Below, in pieces: positions 1 through 9,887 of a stretch of 64,000 nucleotides of DNA; position 1 is the first letter of the stretch; each line of letters opens with the position of its first letter. The notes below the pieces were generated by a model. It worked only from the letters and a program-made list of their open reading frames with translations, was not told where the DNA came from and did no database searches. Origin of the DNA: an uncultured virus (IMG/VR IMGVR_UViG_3300035670_000135) (taxonomy: Duplodnaviria > Heunggongvirae > Uroviricota > Caudoviricetes). The DNA is taken from IMG/VR virus record IMGVR_UViG_3300035670_000135, positions 1-64,000 of that record; one strand, 5' to 3'. The position numbers were made by a program, and so were the translations under genes.

Positions 1-2
1 CT

Positions 3-299
3 GGCTCTCAAAGTTCACCTGCTCAAGGCATTGGTACTTCTAATGGCTCCAATAATACAGCATCTACTTTTGCAAGCACCGAAATTTACATCCCAAATTA
101 TACAAGTAGTAATAATAAAAGTTATTCCGTAGACGCTGTGCAGGAATCAAATGATGCGAGCGGCAACATTTATGCTACTTTACTTGCTGGGCTATGGTCA
201 AATACATCAGCAATTACTTCAATAACACTTTATATTGAAGAATCTAAAAATTGGGTCCAATACTCAACCGCAACCCTTTACGGAATAAAAAATACTTAA
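3..299 (+). CDS. Partial (5'-truncated) tail fibre/adhesin-type protein
   Basis: Read manually in frame 3: ...STEIYIPNYTSSNNKS...GLWSNTSAITSITLY...STATLYGIKNT*. The C-terminus resembles that of 5885..7153. Confidence 0.7.
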   Translation, partial: GSQSSPAQGIGTSNGSNNTASTFASTEIYIPNYTSSNNKSYSVDAVQESNDASGNIYATLLAGLWSNTSAITSITLYIEESKNWVQYSTATLYGIKNT

Positions 300-324
300 G
301 GTATAATAGAATAGGAGGAGAATA

Positions 325-738
325 ATGGCTAATAAAGACTTTAAAGTAAAAAATGGCATAGACATTCAATCTCCCCTACCTGTAACAATGGGCGGAACAG
401 GACAAACTTCTACTACTAATACTTTAAATTCTTTACTTCCCGCCCAAACTGATCATCTATCAAAATTCTTACAGACAGACGGAACTAATACATCTTGGGC
501 TATTCCAAATTATTCAGAATTAGCAAAAAGCGGGGTTACCCAAACAGCTAGAAAGACTTTAAATTTAATTGGAGCCTTAATTGGTGACGATTCAGGAAAT
601 AATAGAACTAATGTTACAATTATAGGGTCCCCATTGGATGTTTTGGACGGGGGATCTTATGATTCCGTCGCCCCATATGATGGAGGATATTATGATACAG
701 CAAGCTTTACATACACATTTGATGGAGGAACACCCTAA
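325..738 (+). CDS. Virion fibre-associated protein (N-terminal 'DFKVKNG' motif)
   Basis: SD GGAGG at 314-318. N-terminus is paralogous to 5885..7153 (MANKDFKVKNG vs MADKDFKVKNK; both have the GGTGxT motif). Confidence 0.65.
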   Translation: MANKDFKVKNGIDIQSPLPVTMGGTGQTSTTNTLNSLLPAQTDHLSKFLQTDGTNTSWAIPNYSELAKSGVTQTARKTLNLIGALIGDDSGNNRTNVTIIGSPLDVLDGGSYDSVAPYDGGYYDTASFTYTFDGGTP

Positions 739-1088
739 TGGCAGTTAACACACAATTACAAGTTCGACGAGGAACGGCGTCTCAATGGACTTCAACTAAT
801 CCAACATTAGCTGCTGGAGAATTCGGATTTGAAACAGATACTGGAAAATTTAAAATAGGTACTGGTTCAACTGCATGGACATCATTATCTTATGCTACGA
901 TTTCAGCATCAACTGCTGACACTCTTACTAATAAAACAATTTCTGGATCCTCAAATACTTTAAGCAATATTGGAAACTCATCTTTAACCAACTCAAGCAT
1001 TACAATTAACGGAAGCTCAGTGTCTTTAGGCGGATCAGTAACAATTACTGGTGAATCGTTCCACCCATTCTTGTTAATGGGAACATGA
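738..1088 (+). CDS. Tail fibre protein with Mtd-N/hyaluronidase-like N-terminal domain
   Basis: QVRRGTASQWTSTNPTLAAGEFGFETDTGKFKIG motif; TAATG coupling to the upstream gene. Confidence 0.75.
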   Translation: MAVNTQLQVRRGTASQWTSTNPTLAAGEFGFETDTGKFKIGTGSTAWTSLSYATISASTADTLTNKTISGSSNTLSNIGNSSLTNSSITINGSSVSLGGSVTITGESFHPFLLMGT

Positions 1089-1113
1089 TTAAATAAAAAT
1101 AAGGAGGAAATAA

Positions 1114-1476
1114 GTGCCAACAACATATAAAGTATTAGCAATGACTGGAGCCGCAGGCAACTACGGAAATGGTGCACAAACGCTAACTGCTACAACAAAT
1201 ACTAATTTGTATACAGTGCCAGCAGCAACTCAAACAGTTGTTTCATCAATTGTTATATGTAATCAAGCAGCAACTGCAGGAACATATAGAATTGCTGTTC
1301 GCCCAGCTGGTGCAGCAATAGATAATAGACATTATATTATTTATGATGCTACAGTAGCGGCAAATGATTCAACAATTATGACAATTGGTTTGACTCTCGG
1401 TGCGACGGATATAGTTACAGTATATGCCTCCGCAACAACAATGTCATTTTCACTATACGGAAGCGAGATTGCATAA
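1114..1476 (+). CDS. Phage structural/fibre accessory protein
   Basis: GTG start after AAGGAGG; beta-rich, LYTVPA...SFSLYGSEI pattern. Confidence 0.6.
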   Translation: MPTTYKVLAMTGAAGNYGNGAQTLTATTNTNLYTVPAATQTVVSSIVICNQAATAGTYRIAVRPAGAAIDNRHYIIYDATVAANDSTIMTIGLTLGATDIVTVYASATTMSFSLYGSEIA

Positions 1477-1865
1477 TGGGAATTAATAGCGTAAATGCTC
1501 AAAATCAAGCAATCTATACTGCTCCTATAATTACACAAACAATTAATACTCAAACTGGAACAACATATACTCCTGTCGCAAGCGACGCAGCTTCTGTTGT
1601 TTTGATGAATAATTCTAGTGCAAATACATTTTACATTCCAACAAATGCAGCAGTTGGATATGCAGTAGGAACTGCTTTAAATGTAGTTCAATATGGAACA
1701 GGTGCAACAACTATTCAAGCATCAAACTCAGGAACTACAACAATTTATTGTAATGGTTCAAATAATAATAATACTGCAAGCCCTGTATTCAGAGGAAGGT
1801 ATTCAGCAGCAACATGTCTTAAAATTGCAACAGATACTTGGTTAGTAGTAGGAGATGTGTATTGA
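1476..1865 (+). CDS. Fibre accessory protein
   Basis: TAATG coupling; QTGTTYT...YSAATCLKIATDTWLVVGD pattern typical of phage fibre modules. Confidence 0.6.
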   Translation: MGINSVNAQNQAIYTAPIITQTINTQTGTTYTPVASDAASVVLMNNSSANTFYIPTNAAVGYAVGTALNVVQYGTGATTIQASNSGTTTIYCNGSNNNNTASPVFRGRYSAATCLKIATDTWLVVGDVY

Positions 1866-2905
1866 CATTCAGACCATTTTTATATCCAGGCGTTGGTGCT
1901 AAGACAAGATCACAATCTGCTTTTTATGGCAGAAGCACAATGCCTTCAGCTGCAGGTTGGTATTCAGTAGCATATAATGGAAGCACATTTGCTGCTTTAG
2001 TTACTGGAACAACAGCTGCCGCAACATCAACAGATGGTGCAACATGGACAGCAAGGACTTCGGCTGGATCTTATAACTGGTCTGGAATGTATGCAGTAGG
2101 TGGAACATTCTGCGCTGTCTCAGATGCTGGATATGCTCAAACATCTACAGACGGAATTACTTGGACTTTAAGAACTTTACCTAGAAGCCATAATTATAGA
2201 CTTTATGGATATTTTGGTGGAACACAACCAGCATTTTTAGCAATAGGAGGTCAATATACTGCTTATTCTTCTAATGGTGGAGTTACTTGGACAGAAGGAA
2301 CGCTGCCAGAATCATATCAATATTCTGGAGTAGCTTATAATGGAACTATTTGGATGGCGGCAGCAGAAAATCTCGGAGGATGGGTTACAACATCTACAAA
2401 TGGCACAACATGGAGTGCTAAAAAATATATTCCAGAATTATTTGATATAGATAGAGTAGATAAAAAAGGATTCTATTTGACGGGTCCGTTTGTAATAGGA
2501 AACGATTTTTATTTATTTTATAATTATAATCATAGATGGGCATTAAAATCAAGCGATGGAAATACATGGACAAGAGTTCTTAGAAACAATTACAATCCAT
2601 ACTCTCTAAGTGGCGAAGGTGGAGAAGTTTTTTTCAGCGCCCCATATGCATCATATGCATCAGACGGAACTACATTTACAGTAATTAATGTATATAATGG
2701 AAATGGTCAAGGTATATTTACAACAAATGATTTTTTAACTTGGCGAAGAAAGTCTTCTCCAAGAAACAACACGTATGGATATGCTTTTCAAGATAGAGTA
2801 TCAATAGCTGTTGGAGGAGGAAAACTGGCTGCAGTTTTTCCTGCAGGCAGCGGACAGTCAGCATGCGTATATGGAACATATTCAAGTGCAGCAAGTAGAC
2901 CTTAA
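1862..2905 (+). CDS. Adhesin with Asp-box/BNR-like repeats (beta-propeller)
   Basis: Repeated S-T/S-D/N-G-x-T-W boxes (STDGATW, STDGITW, SSNGGVTW, STNGTTW, SSDGNTW). Probable TTG start at 1862 after GGAG. Confidence 0.7.
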   Translation: MTFRPFLYPGVGAKTRSQSAFYGRSTMPSAAGWYSVAYNGSTFAALVTGTTAAATSTDGATWTARTSAGSYNWSGMYAVGGTFCAVSDAGYAQTSTDGITWTLRTLPRSHNYRLYGYFGGTQPAFLAIGGQYTAYSSNGGVTWTEGTLPESYQYSGVAYNGTIWMAAAENLGGWVTTSTNGTTWSAKKYIPELFDIDRVDKKGFYLTGPFVIGNDFYLFYNYNHRWALKSSDGNTWTRVLRNNYNPYSLSGEGGEVFFSAPYASYASDGTTFTVINVYNGNGQGIFTTNDFLTWRRKSSPRNNTYGYAFQDRVSIAVGGGKLAAVFPAGSGQSACVYGTYSSAASRP

Positions 2906-2914
2906 GGAGATAAA

Positions 2915-3211
2915 ATGAGATACGAGATAGATCAAGATACATTTGCAATAAGCATATTTGAAGATGGACAAGATATTCCATTTCAATATCAACCACATTA
3001 TCCAAATGGAGATTCATTTGATTCATTTGAAGAGGCAGAGTCTTGGGCAGTTGCAGCAGTAGCTGCACACAGCCCAGAGGTAAATTTTTATGCTCCAGAT
3101 GGTAAAAATCATGAGCCAAAACAAAAAATAAATTATAATGCTAGAACACAGCTTATGGAAAAATTAGGAATTACTGAAGAAGAGGTAAAGCTGCTTTTGC
3201 TAGAGCAGTAA
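2915..3211 (+). CDS. Small acidic fibre partner/assembly chaperone-like protein
   Basis: SD AAGGAG; C-terminal EKLGITEEE motif shared with 7155..7361. Confidence 0.6.
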   Translation: MRYEIDQDTFAISIFEDGQDIPFQYQPHYPNGDSFDSFEEAESWAVAAVAAHSPEVNFYAPDGKNHEPKQKINYNARTQLMEKLGITEEEVKLLLLEQ

Positions 3212-3217
3212 AATAAA

Positions 3218-4681
3218 ATGTCGATAAAGCATGCCAGCGAAGAATCAGCTAGAAATAATCCTACATCTAGAGTTTTAAGAGGAGCAAAAGTTTCTATACC
3301 AGAAGATAAAGTTTCTGGCGTCATAGACACTGCTCCAGTAATTAGCTCTGTAACAAATGTTGGCTGCACAGCATATGTGACATTTTCTCATACACCAACT
3401 ACTGGCGGAGTAGCAACATCATTTACTGCTACCAGTAGTCCAGGAAGTATAACTGCTACAGTTATAGATCAAACTAAACCAATTATAGTGACTGGATTAA
3501 CTGCCAACACTTCATATACATTTACAGTTACAGCAACAAATAGCGTTAGTCAAAAAACAAGTTCTTCAAGTAGCAGTATAACTACAACTGTTTCAAGTGT
3601 TACATCTAACCAAAGCGCAACAGATTTATACACTGTTATGACAACTTTGGCAAATAGCGTAACTACATCTACTCCAACTGCAGGCGGAACATTAACATTA
3701 AATGGAGTATCTCTTGGATCATATGACTATGTAATAAAAAGAGGAAATCAAACTATATCAACATTTACAAATTCAGATTGGTTTACCAATACAGCGGATA
3801 CTAGATCTGCTTTAGTTGTTGTTGATGGAGACCTTACAATAAATCGTTTAGAAAGATTTATCCCATCAAATAGAAAATTATTTACTTGTATATATGTAAC
3901 TGGTAATTTAACTAATAATGGACAAATATTGATGACAGATAGGGGAGCTAATCATTCTGCCACCGCCGCTGGCAACATAAGATTACATACTGGAACATTT
4001 ACTGGTGTAACAAATCCACAAATTCCTGCCTCTGGTGGAGCAGGCGGAGGAACAGTAACTAGATCTGGCCCACCAACTGGAACAACAAATGGAATCCCTG
4101 GATCTGCTGGAACAAATGGTGGTACTGGCGGAGGAAGCGGAGGGTGCGCTATTTGCGCTGGAGATGCAACAGGATCTACAGTAATTGGTGGGTCTGGGTC
4201 AGCAGGAACATCTTTTACTGGCGGAGGAGGCGGAGGTTCAATAATGGTTTATTCAGGAAGTGGAACTTCTGGAAATGCAGTAGCAAATGGTGGGGCAGGA
4301 GGAAATGCTGGGACTTCATATACATATGGGTCAAGTGGTGGCGTAGGAAATCCAGCAGGATCATCAAATCAAGGCGGCACTCAAGGAAGTTACCCATTTG
4401 ATGCAGGGGATGGAACAGCAGGTTCTCTCTGTATATTTGTTTTGGGGGAATTAAGAGGACAAGGACTCATTCAGTCTAACGGGCATAGCAACATGGGATA
4501 TCAGTATAATCAATACATGCAGTGTCCAGGAGGATCTGGTGGAGGAGGCTCTGTAACTATATTTTATAAATATGATAATTCATTAATAACACCTACAGCA
4601 AATGGTGGTAAGGCTCCTGGACAAGGAGACAGAGATGGCGGCGGCGGAGCGGGAACAGCAAGAAAGTTGGCACTACCATGA
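3218..4681 (+). CDS. FN3-domain, glycine-rich tail/fibre protein
   Basis: IVTGLTANTSYTFTVTATN (FN3 signature); long Gly-rich C-terminal half. Confidence 0.7.
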   Translation: MSIKHASEESARNNPTSRVLRGAKVSIPEDKVSGVIDTAPVISSVTNVGCTAYVTFSHTPTTGGVATSFTATSSPGSITATVIDQTKPIIVTGLTANTSYTFTVTATNSVSQKTSSSSSSITTTVSSVTSNQSATDLYTVMTTLANSVTTSTPTAGGTLTLNGVSLGSYDYVIKRGNQTISTFTNSDWFTNTADTRSALVVVDGDLTINRLERFIPSNRKLFTCIYVTGNLTNNGQILMTDRGANHSATAAGNIRLHTGTFTGVTNPQIPASGGAGGGTVTRSGPPTGTTNGIPGSAGTNGGTGGGSGGCAICAGDATGSTVIGGSGSAGTSFTGGGGGGSIMVYSGSGTSGNAVANGGAGGNAGTSYTYGSSGGVGNPAGSSNQGGTQGSYPFDAGDGTAGSLCIFVLGELRGQGLIQSNGHSNMGYQYNQYMQCPGGSGGGGSVTIFYKYDNSLITPTANGGKAPGQGDRDGGGGAGTARKLALP

Positions 4682-5031
4682 TAGATATAAATAAAATATA
4701 TGTATTTCATAATGTTTATGGAGATGCTCAAGATTTGATTGACACGGCTCCAGAAAATGCAGAATTTATTCCATTTGGTTGGACGGAAGAAATAGAAAAT
4801 AATAGAAATCAATTAATGCAAGAATTAGGCATAGGGGTTTCTGTTTTACCTACAGCAGTAGCTTGGAATAATAATAGAAAATCAACATTTAAAATAAAAA
4901 ATCCAAATACTAATTTAATTGAAACTATTACGCATGATTTAGAGCCAGGATGGGAAACGATTCCAGTAGGTCTATGGAATCCACAAGACTGGACATGGCA
5001 AAAAATAAATAAAGAATTAGAAAAGTTTTAA
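4678..5031 (+). CDS. Hypothetical partner protein
   Basis: ATGA overlap with the upstream fibre gene; 117 aa. Confidence 0.6.
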   Translation: MIDINKIYVFHNVYGDAQDLIDTAPENAEFIPFGWTEEIENNRNQLMQELGIGVSVLPTAVAWNNNRKSTFKIKNPNTNLIETITHDLEPGWETIPVGLWNPQDWTWQKINKELEKF

Positions 5032-5037
5032 TACCTA

Positions 5038-5066
5038 TTGAAAATTATATTTTCATATAGTAGAAT
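5038..5066 (+). promoter_or_regulatory. Sigma70-type promoter, leaderless transcript
   Basis: TTGAAA-17 nt-TAGAAT; ATG 8 nt downstream; no SD. Confidence 0.65.
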
Positions 5067-5074
5067 GTATTTAT

Positions 5075-5821
5075 ATGAAAAATAAAGATGAGATAACAAT
5101 TTATTGGTCTCCAGCAGCCTATGTTGCAGATAAAGAATCATGGGCTTTAGCATATGCAGAGCCAGTAAGTTTGATAAATGAGTATAGACAAAATAAAAAT
5201 TTACAAAATGGTTCTAATAATTTTTTTGCATGCCCAGCGGTAAGCGATATGTTTAAAAATATATATGTCGTGAGACAGCAATTTGATGATAAAATTATTA
5301 TTTCTGATATAGATAGACACTTTGAAGATAATGAAAAAATAAATGGCGGATCCTTGCTTTCGTCATTTACGCCACGTAAATCTTCTTTAAATAATTATTT
5401 TAATATCCAATATAATATGTGCTGGACTTTTTTTGCAGATGAGCCAGTTGTTGCAAGATTTACGTCTCCATACTTTCCTCCGCATTCACCAGCAAAAGGA
5501 GCATTGTTAATGTGTGGAGAATTTGATATAGGTTCTTGGTATAGAACATTTAATCTTGATTATCATATTCCTTTAGATACAAAAGAAATGGTTTTTAATC
5601 AAAACGATCCACTTTTTTATATTGAGTTTAAAACTGATAAAAAAGTCATCTTAAAAAGATATATGCAGTCAGATACTCTTTTTAATATTGGGCGGGAAAT
5701 GGTAAATTCTCCATCTAGCTATGGAAGATTTAAGTCTTTAAAAGAAAAATACTTAATGTCTAAAAAGGCAAAAATGCCAGAAATCATACTTTCTGAGATT
5801 CGTAAAAATTTAATTGACTAG
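5075..5821 (+). CDS. Hypothetical protein (moron-like, own promoter)
   Basis: 248-aa AT-rich ORF with FFACPA and GEFDIGSWYR motifs; not fibre-like. Confidence 0.65.
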   Translation: MKNKDEITIYWSPAAYVADKESWALAYAEPVSLINEYRQNKNLQNGSNNFFACPAVSDMFKNIYVVRQQFDDKIIISDIDRHFEDNEKINGGSLLSSFTPRKSSLNNYFNIQYNMCWTFFADEPVVARFTSPYFPPHSPAKGALLMCGEFDIGSWYRTFNLDYHIPLDTKEMVFNQNDPLFYIEFKTDKKVILKRYMQSDTLFNIGREMVNSPSSYGRFKSLKEKYLMSKKAKMPEIILSEIRKNLID

Positions 5822-5824
5822 CCT

Positions 5825-5853
5825 TTGGCTTTAATATGCCATTCTGATATAAT
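5825..5853 (+). promoter_or_regulatory. Promoter with extended -10
   Basis: TTGGCT-17 nt-TATAAT, with TG at 5845-46. Confidence 0.6.
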
Positions 5854-5884
5854 ATATATATAATCCAAAGGGGAGAGTGATCCT

Positions 5885-7153
5885 GTGGCAGATAAAGACT
5901 TTAAGGTCAAAAATAAGCTATTTGTAAATGGCTTATCCCACAATTCTGGCGTCATTCTTGCCACAAATAATAATTTAGATTCTCATACTAATGTTCCGAC
6001 CCAATATGGCGGAACTGGAACAACTCAATCGCCAAATGCGGGTCAGGTTTTATTTTCATCGGCGGGAACAAATTATGTCCCAACCACTCTAACATCTCTT
6101 GATGTAAAGGGTTCTTCATATTCTGCAGATGCCCCAACAAGTCCAGTAGTTGGACAGATCTGGGTAGAATCAGATTCGGCAGCAACTGCCTTTGATCCAA
6201 ACATTGTAAAGCGTCAATCATTTACAGCAACGGCGGCACAAACAGTATTTACAACTTCACATACATGGATTGAAGGATATGAGCAGGTTTATTTAAATGG
6301 ACTTTTGCTTCTCCGCACAACAGATTATACAACTTCAAATTCTAATACTGTAACACTTGTTGAGGCGGCGGCAGTAAATGATATTCTAGAAGTAGTTACA
6401 GTAACAAACTTTAATGTAAATGTATCTGGGTATACTCAAGATGCCGCTCCAGAATCTGCAACAGATGGACAAATTTGGCTTGATACAAATGGAACTCTTG
6501 CAGATGCCGCATTTATTCCTAATACATTAACAACAACAACAGGTGATATTATCTATGCATCTGCTGCAAATACTCCAGCTAGGCTGGGAATTGGCTCAAG
6601 CGGACAGTATTTGTCGGTTTCTGGCGGAGTTCCATCATGGCAAACTAACTCTCAAGGCTGGACTTTACTTAGTACTACAAATCATAGCGGAAATGCTACT
6701 TGCACAATTACTGGAATTAGTACAGCGTATAAAAATCTTAGAATTTTGGTAAAAGAAGCAATGTCATCATCAACTGCTGGAGCCCTGTACCTTGATGTGG
6801 GACAAGCAAGTTTTTATTCGCAACAAGCTTTTTGGACTAATGGCTCGGCTCAAACAACTAGCAATACACTATTTCAGGTGAGTGGTGGACAGGCATTTGT
6901 TAATCTTACTGGAACTTCGCTTAGAAGTGCCAACGGAGACTCTATATTTGTAATAGATCTTTATGACTATAAAAATACAACAACATACAAAATGGGTCGC
7001 TGGACAGCATATTATTTGCAAGGTGCAAACCACGGTGAAATGACTTCTGGCTGGTTTACTGCAAATGATTTAGCAGCCGTAACTCAAATAATTTTACAAC
7101 TTCAAGGCGGGGCTAATCTTTCTGCTACAGTAGAAATATATGGAGAAAACTAA
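5885..7153 (+). CDS. Modular tail fibre protein
   Basis: DFKVKN N-terminus, two APxxxxxGQIW repeats, QVYLNGLLL domain, GDIIYASAANTPARLGIG segment, lectin-like C-terminus. Confidence 0.7.
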   Translation: MADKDFKVKNKLFVNGLSHNSGVILATNNNLDSHTNVPTQYGGTGTTQSPNAGQVLFSSAGTNYVPTTLTSLDVKGSSYSADAPTSPVVGQIWVESDSAATAFDPNIVKRQSFTATAAQTVFTTSHTWIEGYEQVYLNGLLLLRTTDYTTSNSNTVTLVEAAAVNDILEVVTVTNFNVNVSGYTQDAAPESATDGQIWLDTNGTLADAAFIPNTLTTTTGDIIYASAANTPARLGIGSSGQYLSVSGGVPSWQTNSQGWTLLSTTNHSGNATCTITGISTAYKNLRILVKEAMSSSTAGALYLDVGQASFYSQQAFWTNGSAQTTSNTLFQVSGGQAFVNLTGTSLRSANGDSIFVIDLYDYKNTTTYKMGRWTAYYLQGANHGEMTSGWFTANDLAAVTQIILQLQGGANLSATVEIYGEN

Positions 7154-7154
7154 T

Positions 7155-7361
7155 ATGCAAATTGCTGAACATAATATTACCACTGGCGAAACCATAGTTC
7201 GTGATGCTACAGAATCTGAACTAAAAAAGTTTCAGTCTTGGAAAGAGTATAATGAAAAGGTAGAGGCTGATAAGGCAGAAGCACAAGCCAAACGCCAAGC
7301 CCTATTAGAAAAGCTAGGAATTACAGAAGAAGAAGCTCAATTATTATTAGGAGGTAACTAA
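7155..7361 (+). CDS. Small fibre partner/chaperone-like protein
   Basis: HNITTGETIVRDAT...LLEKLGITEEEAQLLL; probable start at ATG 7155. Confidence 0.65.
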   Translation: MQIAEHNITTGETIVRDATESELKKFQSWKEYNEKVEADKAEAQAKRQALLEKLGITEEEAQLLLGGN

Positions 7362-8416
7362 TGCCAACAGTAGGAACTACTAGCAAGCCTGCATATGTTT
7401 ATGATGCAGGAACTGATACATGGGTTCCAGTTGGAGTAGGGGCTCATACTCATGATACCTCCGCCCTTGTCCCATATAGTAATTATTTTGTGGCGGGCAA
7501 AAATAAAATAATCAACGGAGATTTTGGGATTTGGCAGCGTGGAACAACTTTTAATTCTGTAAATGGTTTATATACTGCAGATAGATGGATTGGCGCAACT
7601 AATAAGACCGTTATTGTATCTAGAGAAGCATTTGCTCCAGGTTCCGCACCAGTTGCTGGATATGAAGGGACCTATTTTTTAAGAAGTACACAAAGCGCCA
7701 GCGGAAGCTATTATGCAATTCAGCAAAGAATAGAAGATGTAAGAACTTTGGCGGGACAAACAGTAACACTATCTTTTTGGGCTAAAGCTGACGCTACAGT
7801 ATCAAATAGATCTTATCTGGGACAAATTTTTGGATCAGGTGGATCTTCCAATGTAGATAATTATTCAAGCCCTTTTAATATAACAACATCTTGGGCTAGA
7901 TATACTCAAACAGTAACATTGCCTTCAATGAGTGGAAAAACTATTGGGTCTAATAGTTATTTAAATATTCAACCAATTTTACAAGAAGATTCTGCTGCAC
8001 ACATAGTAGATATTTGGGGAGTTCAAGTTGAGGCTGGTTCTGTCGCCACTCCATTTTCAACAGCAACTGGCACACTCGCAGGGGAGTTAGCCGCTTGCCA
8101 AAGGTATTATGAGCGCATAGGAAATGTTGGATTAGCCACTCATCAATATTGCAACACAAGTTGTTATAGCAGCACTTTATTTTTGGGCGTCATTCCTTAT
8201 AAGGTTCAAAAAAGAGTGCAACCTAGTTTATCATCAACGGCATACACAACATTTGGTCACGACGGCGTAGGTTTACTTGGTATAGGATTTCAAGACCAGG
8301 ATACTCAGACATTGTTAGTTAGACTAGATGTATCTGGCGCAACACCAGGATTTGCTAGTCGTTTATATGGTGCAGGTGCCACAACAAATTACATTGAGGT
8401 GAATTCTGAATTATGA
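7361..8416 (+). CDS. Tail fibre with carbohydrate-binding-module-like domain (paralogue 1)
   Basis: AGKNKIINGDFGIWQRGT...LAGQTVTLSFWAKA...GVQVEAGSVATPF...ELAACQRYY. Confidence 0.75.
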   Translation: MPTVGTTSKPAYVYDAGTDTWVPVGVGAHTHDTSALVPYSNYFVAGKNKIINGDFGIWQRGTTFNSVNGLYTADRWIGATNKTVIVSREAFAPGSAPVAGYEGTYFLRSTQSASGSYYAIQQRIEDVRTLAGQTVTLSFWAKADATVSNRSYLGQIFGSGGSSNVDNYSSPFNITTSWARYTQTVTLPSMSGKTIGSNSYLNIQPILQEDSAAHIVDIWGVQVEAGSVATPFSTATGTLAGELAACQRYYERIGNVGLATHQYCNTSCYSSTLFLGVIPYKVQKRVQPSLSSTAYTTFGHDGVGLLGIGFQDQDTQTLLVRLDVSGATPGFASRLYGAGATTNYIEVNSEL

Positions 8417-8577
8417 AATATGAATTGATTACTTATGAAAATAATTCACAGGTAATTCTTCGCACAGATGAAGATAATAAAACTTGGTCAATCCCACTAG
8501 ACCCAGCCAACTCAGACTATCAACGCTATCTTCGCTGGCTAGAAAACCCAGATGCCGAAGAAGGCGGAACACTCTAA
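8413..8577 (+). CDS. Tail fibre assembly chaperone-like protein, 54 aa (not in ORF track)
   Basis: Translated manually: MKYELITYENNSQVILRTDEDNKTWSIPLDPANSDYQRYLRWLENPDAEEGGTL; IPxDPxNxDYxxYLxW motif; ATGA overlap. Confidence 0.75.
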   Translation: MKYELITYENNSQVILRTDEDNKTWSIPLDPANSDYQRYLRWLENPDAEEGGTL

Positions 8578-8616
8578 TAGGAGTTTATAATATGATAAAA
8601 TGGACGGAGGAGAACA

Positions 8617-9747
8617 ATGAGCAGAATTAGAGATCTAGCTAAAATACTAACAGCATCTACTGATATGGCTACTGATGCTGAAGTAACTAGTTCTATTGCT
8701 TCTCATGCTGCCGCCGCAGATCCACATACAGCATATTTAAAAGAATCGGAATATTGGGCTGCTGGTAAAAATAAGATTATTAACGGCGATTTCAATATTT
8801 GGCAACGAGGAACAAGTTTTAGCCCTGCCTCTTCAGTAGGTGTTTATTTGGCAGATCGATTTAATTGTTATGTTGAAGGTTCAGGTGCAACTAGAACAAT
8901 TTCACAACAAACATTTACAACTGGCAGTGCTCCAGTATCTGGATACGAGGGTCGTTTCTTTTTGCGCTATGCACAAAGCGTCGGCCCATCCGCTGGTATT
9001 GGTAATAACCTTTTAAGACAATTTATAGAAGGTGTTAGAACCTTTGCTGGGCAAACAGTAACATTTAGTTTTTGGGCAAAAGCATCGTCTAGTATGACTG
9101 TTGAACTCATAGATTTAATTCAAGATATGGGGCTAGGTGGAAGCCCATCATCTAATACACAAACTGTTTTAGCAACAAATGTTTCTATAGGAACAAGTTG
9201 GACTCGCTATACTTATACAGCTACCCTACCATCATTATCTGGAAAAACTTTAGGAACAAGCGGCAACGATAACTTGGCAATAAGATTAAATATGCCTACA
9301 GGTTCAGGTGCAACATTTACATTTGATACTTGGGGATGGCAACTTGAGGCTGGATCAACAGCAACTACATTTACTACCGCAACAGGAAATCCTGCTCTAG
9401 AACTTGCTGCCTGCCAAAGATATTATTGGAGACAAGTTTCAGGAACAAATTATGGTTTAGTTTGTACTTCTGGTATTATGGAGAGTACAACTGGTGGTTC
9501 TTTTGTTGTACAGTTGCCTGTACCTATGCGAGTTGCTCCAACAAGCATAGATACTTCTAATCTAAGAATTACTGACTTACACACTACTAATAGCCCAGCG
9601 TCTAGTTTCACCTTAAGTGATAAAAATGAATTATTTGTTGTCGTTAGAGCAAATGCATCTGGATTAACAGCAAATCGTCCTGCTTGGTTAACGGGTTATA
9701 ATAGCGGCACAAGTTATTTAGGACTATCAGCGGAGTTGGTAATATGA
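8617..9747 (+). CDS. Tail fibre with CBM-like domain (paralogue 2)
   Basis: AGKNKIINGDFNIWQRGT...FAGQTVTFSFWAKA...QLEAGSTATTF...ELAACQRYY; SD GGAGG. Confidence 0.75.
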   Translation: MSRIRDLAKILTASTDMATDAEVTSSIASHAAAADPHTAYLKESEYWAAGKNKIINGDFNIWQRGTSFSPASSVGVYLADRFNCYVEGSGATRTISQQTFTTGSAPVSGYEGRFFLRYAQSVGPSAGIGNNLLRQFIEGVRTFAGQTVTFSFWAKASSSMTVELIDLIQDMGLGGSPSSNTQTVLATNVSIGTSWTRYTYTATLPSLSGKTLGTSGNDNLAIRLNMPTGSGATFTFDTWGWQLEAGSTATTFTTATGNPALELAACQRYYWRQVSGTNYGLVCTSGIMESTTGGSFVVQLPVPMRVAPTSIDTSNLRITDLHTTNSPASSFTLSDKNELFVVVRANASGLTANRPAWLTGYNSGTSYLGLSAELVI

Positions 9748-9887
9748 ATATTAAAGAAATTGAAGTAGAAAATGCAGATGGAACTAAATCTACTCATATA
9801 ATTATCGATAAGGGAAATAACGAATTTACCTCAATGCCAAAATCGGTTTGGGATGAAATAAAGACGGCGGAGGAAACTAATGGCTAA
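9744..9887 (+). CDS. Small fibre partner protein, 47 aa (not in ORF track)
   Basis: MNIKEIEVENADGTKSTHIIIDKGNNEFTSMPKSVWDEIKTAEETNG; ATGA overlap. Confidence 0.7.
   Translation: MNIKEIEVENADGTKSTHIIIDKGNNEFTSMPKSVWDEIKTAEETNG

Noticed and set aside
738..9747. Diversity-generating retroelement (Mtd-N domain and paralogous fibres)
   Set aside because: No reverse transcriptase in the window, and no near-identical TR/VR pair differing only at adenines was seen.
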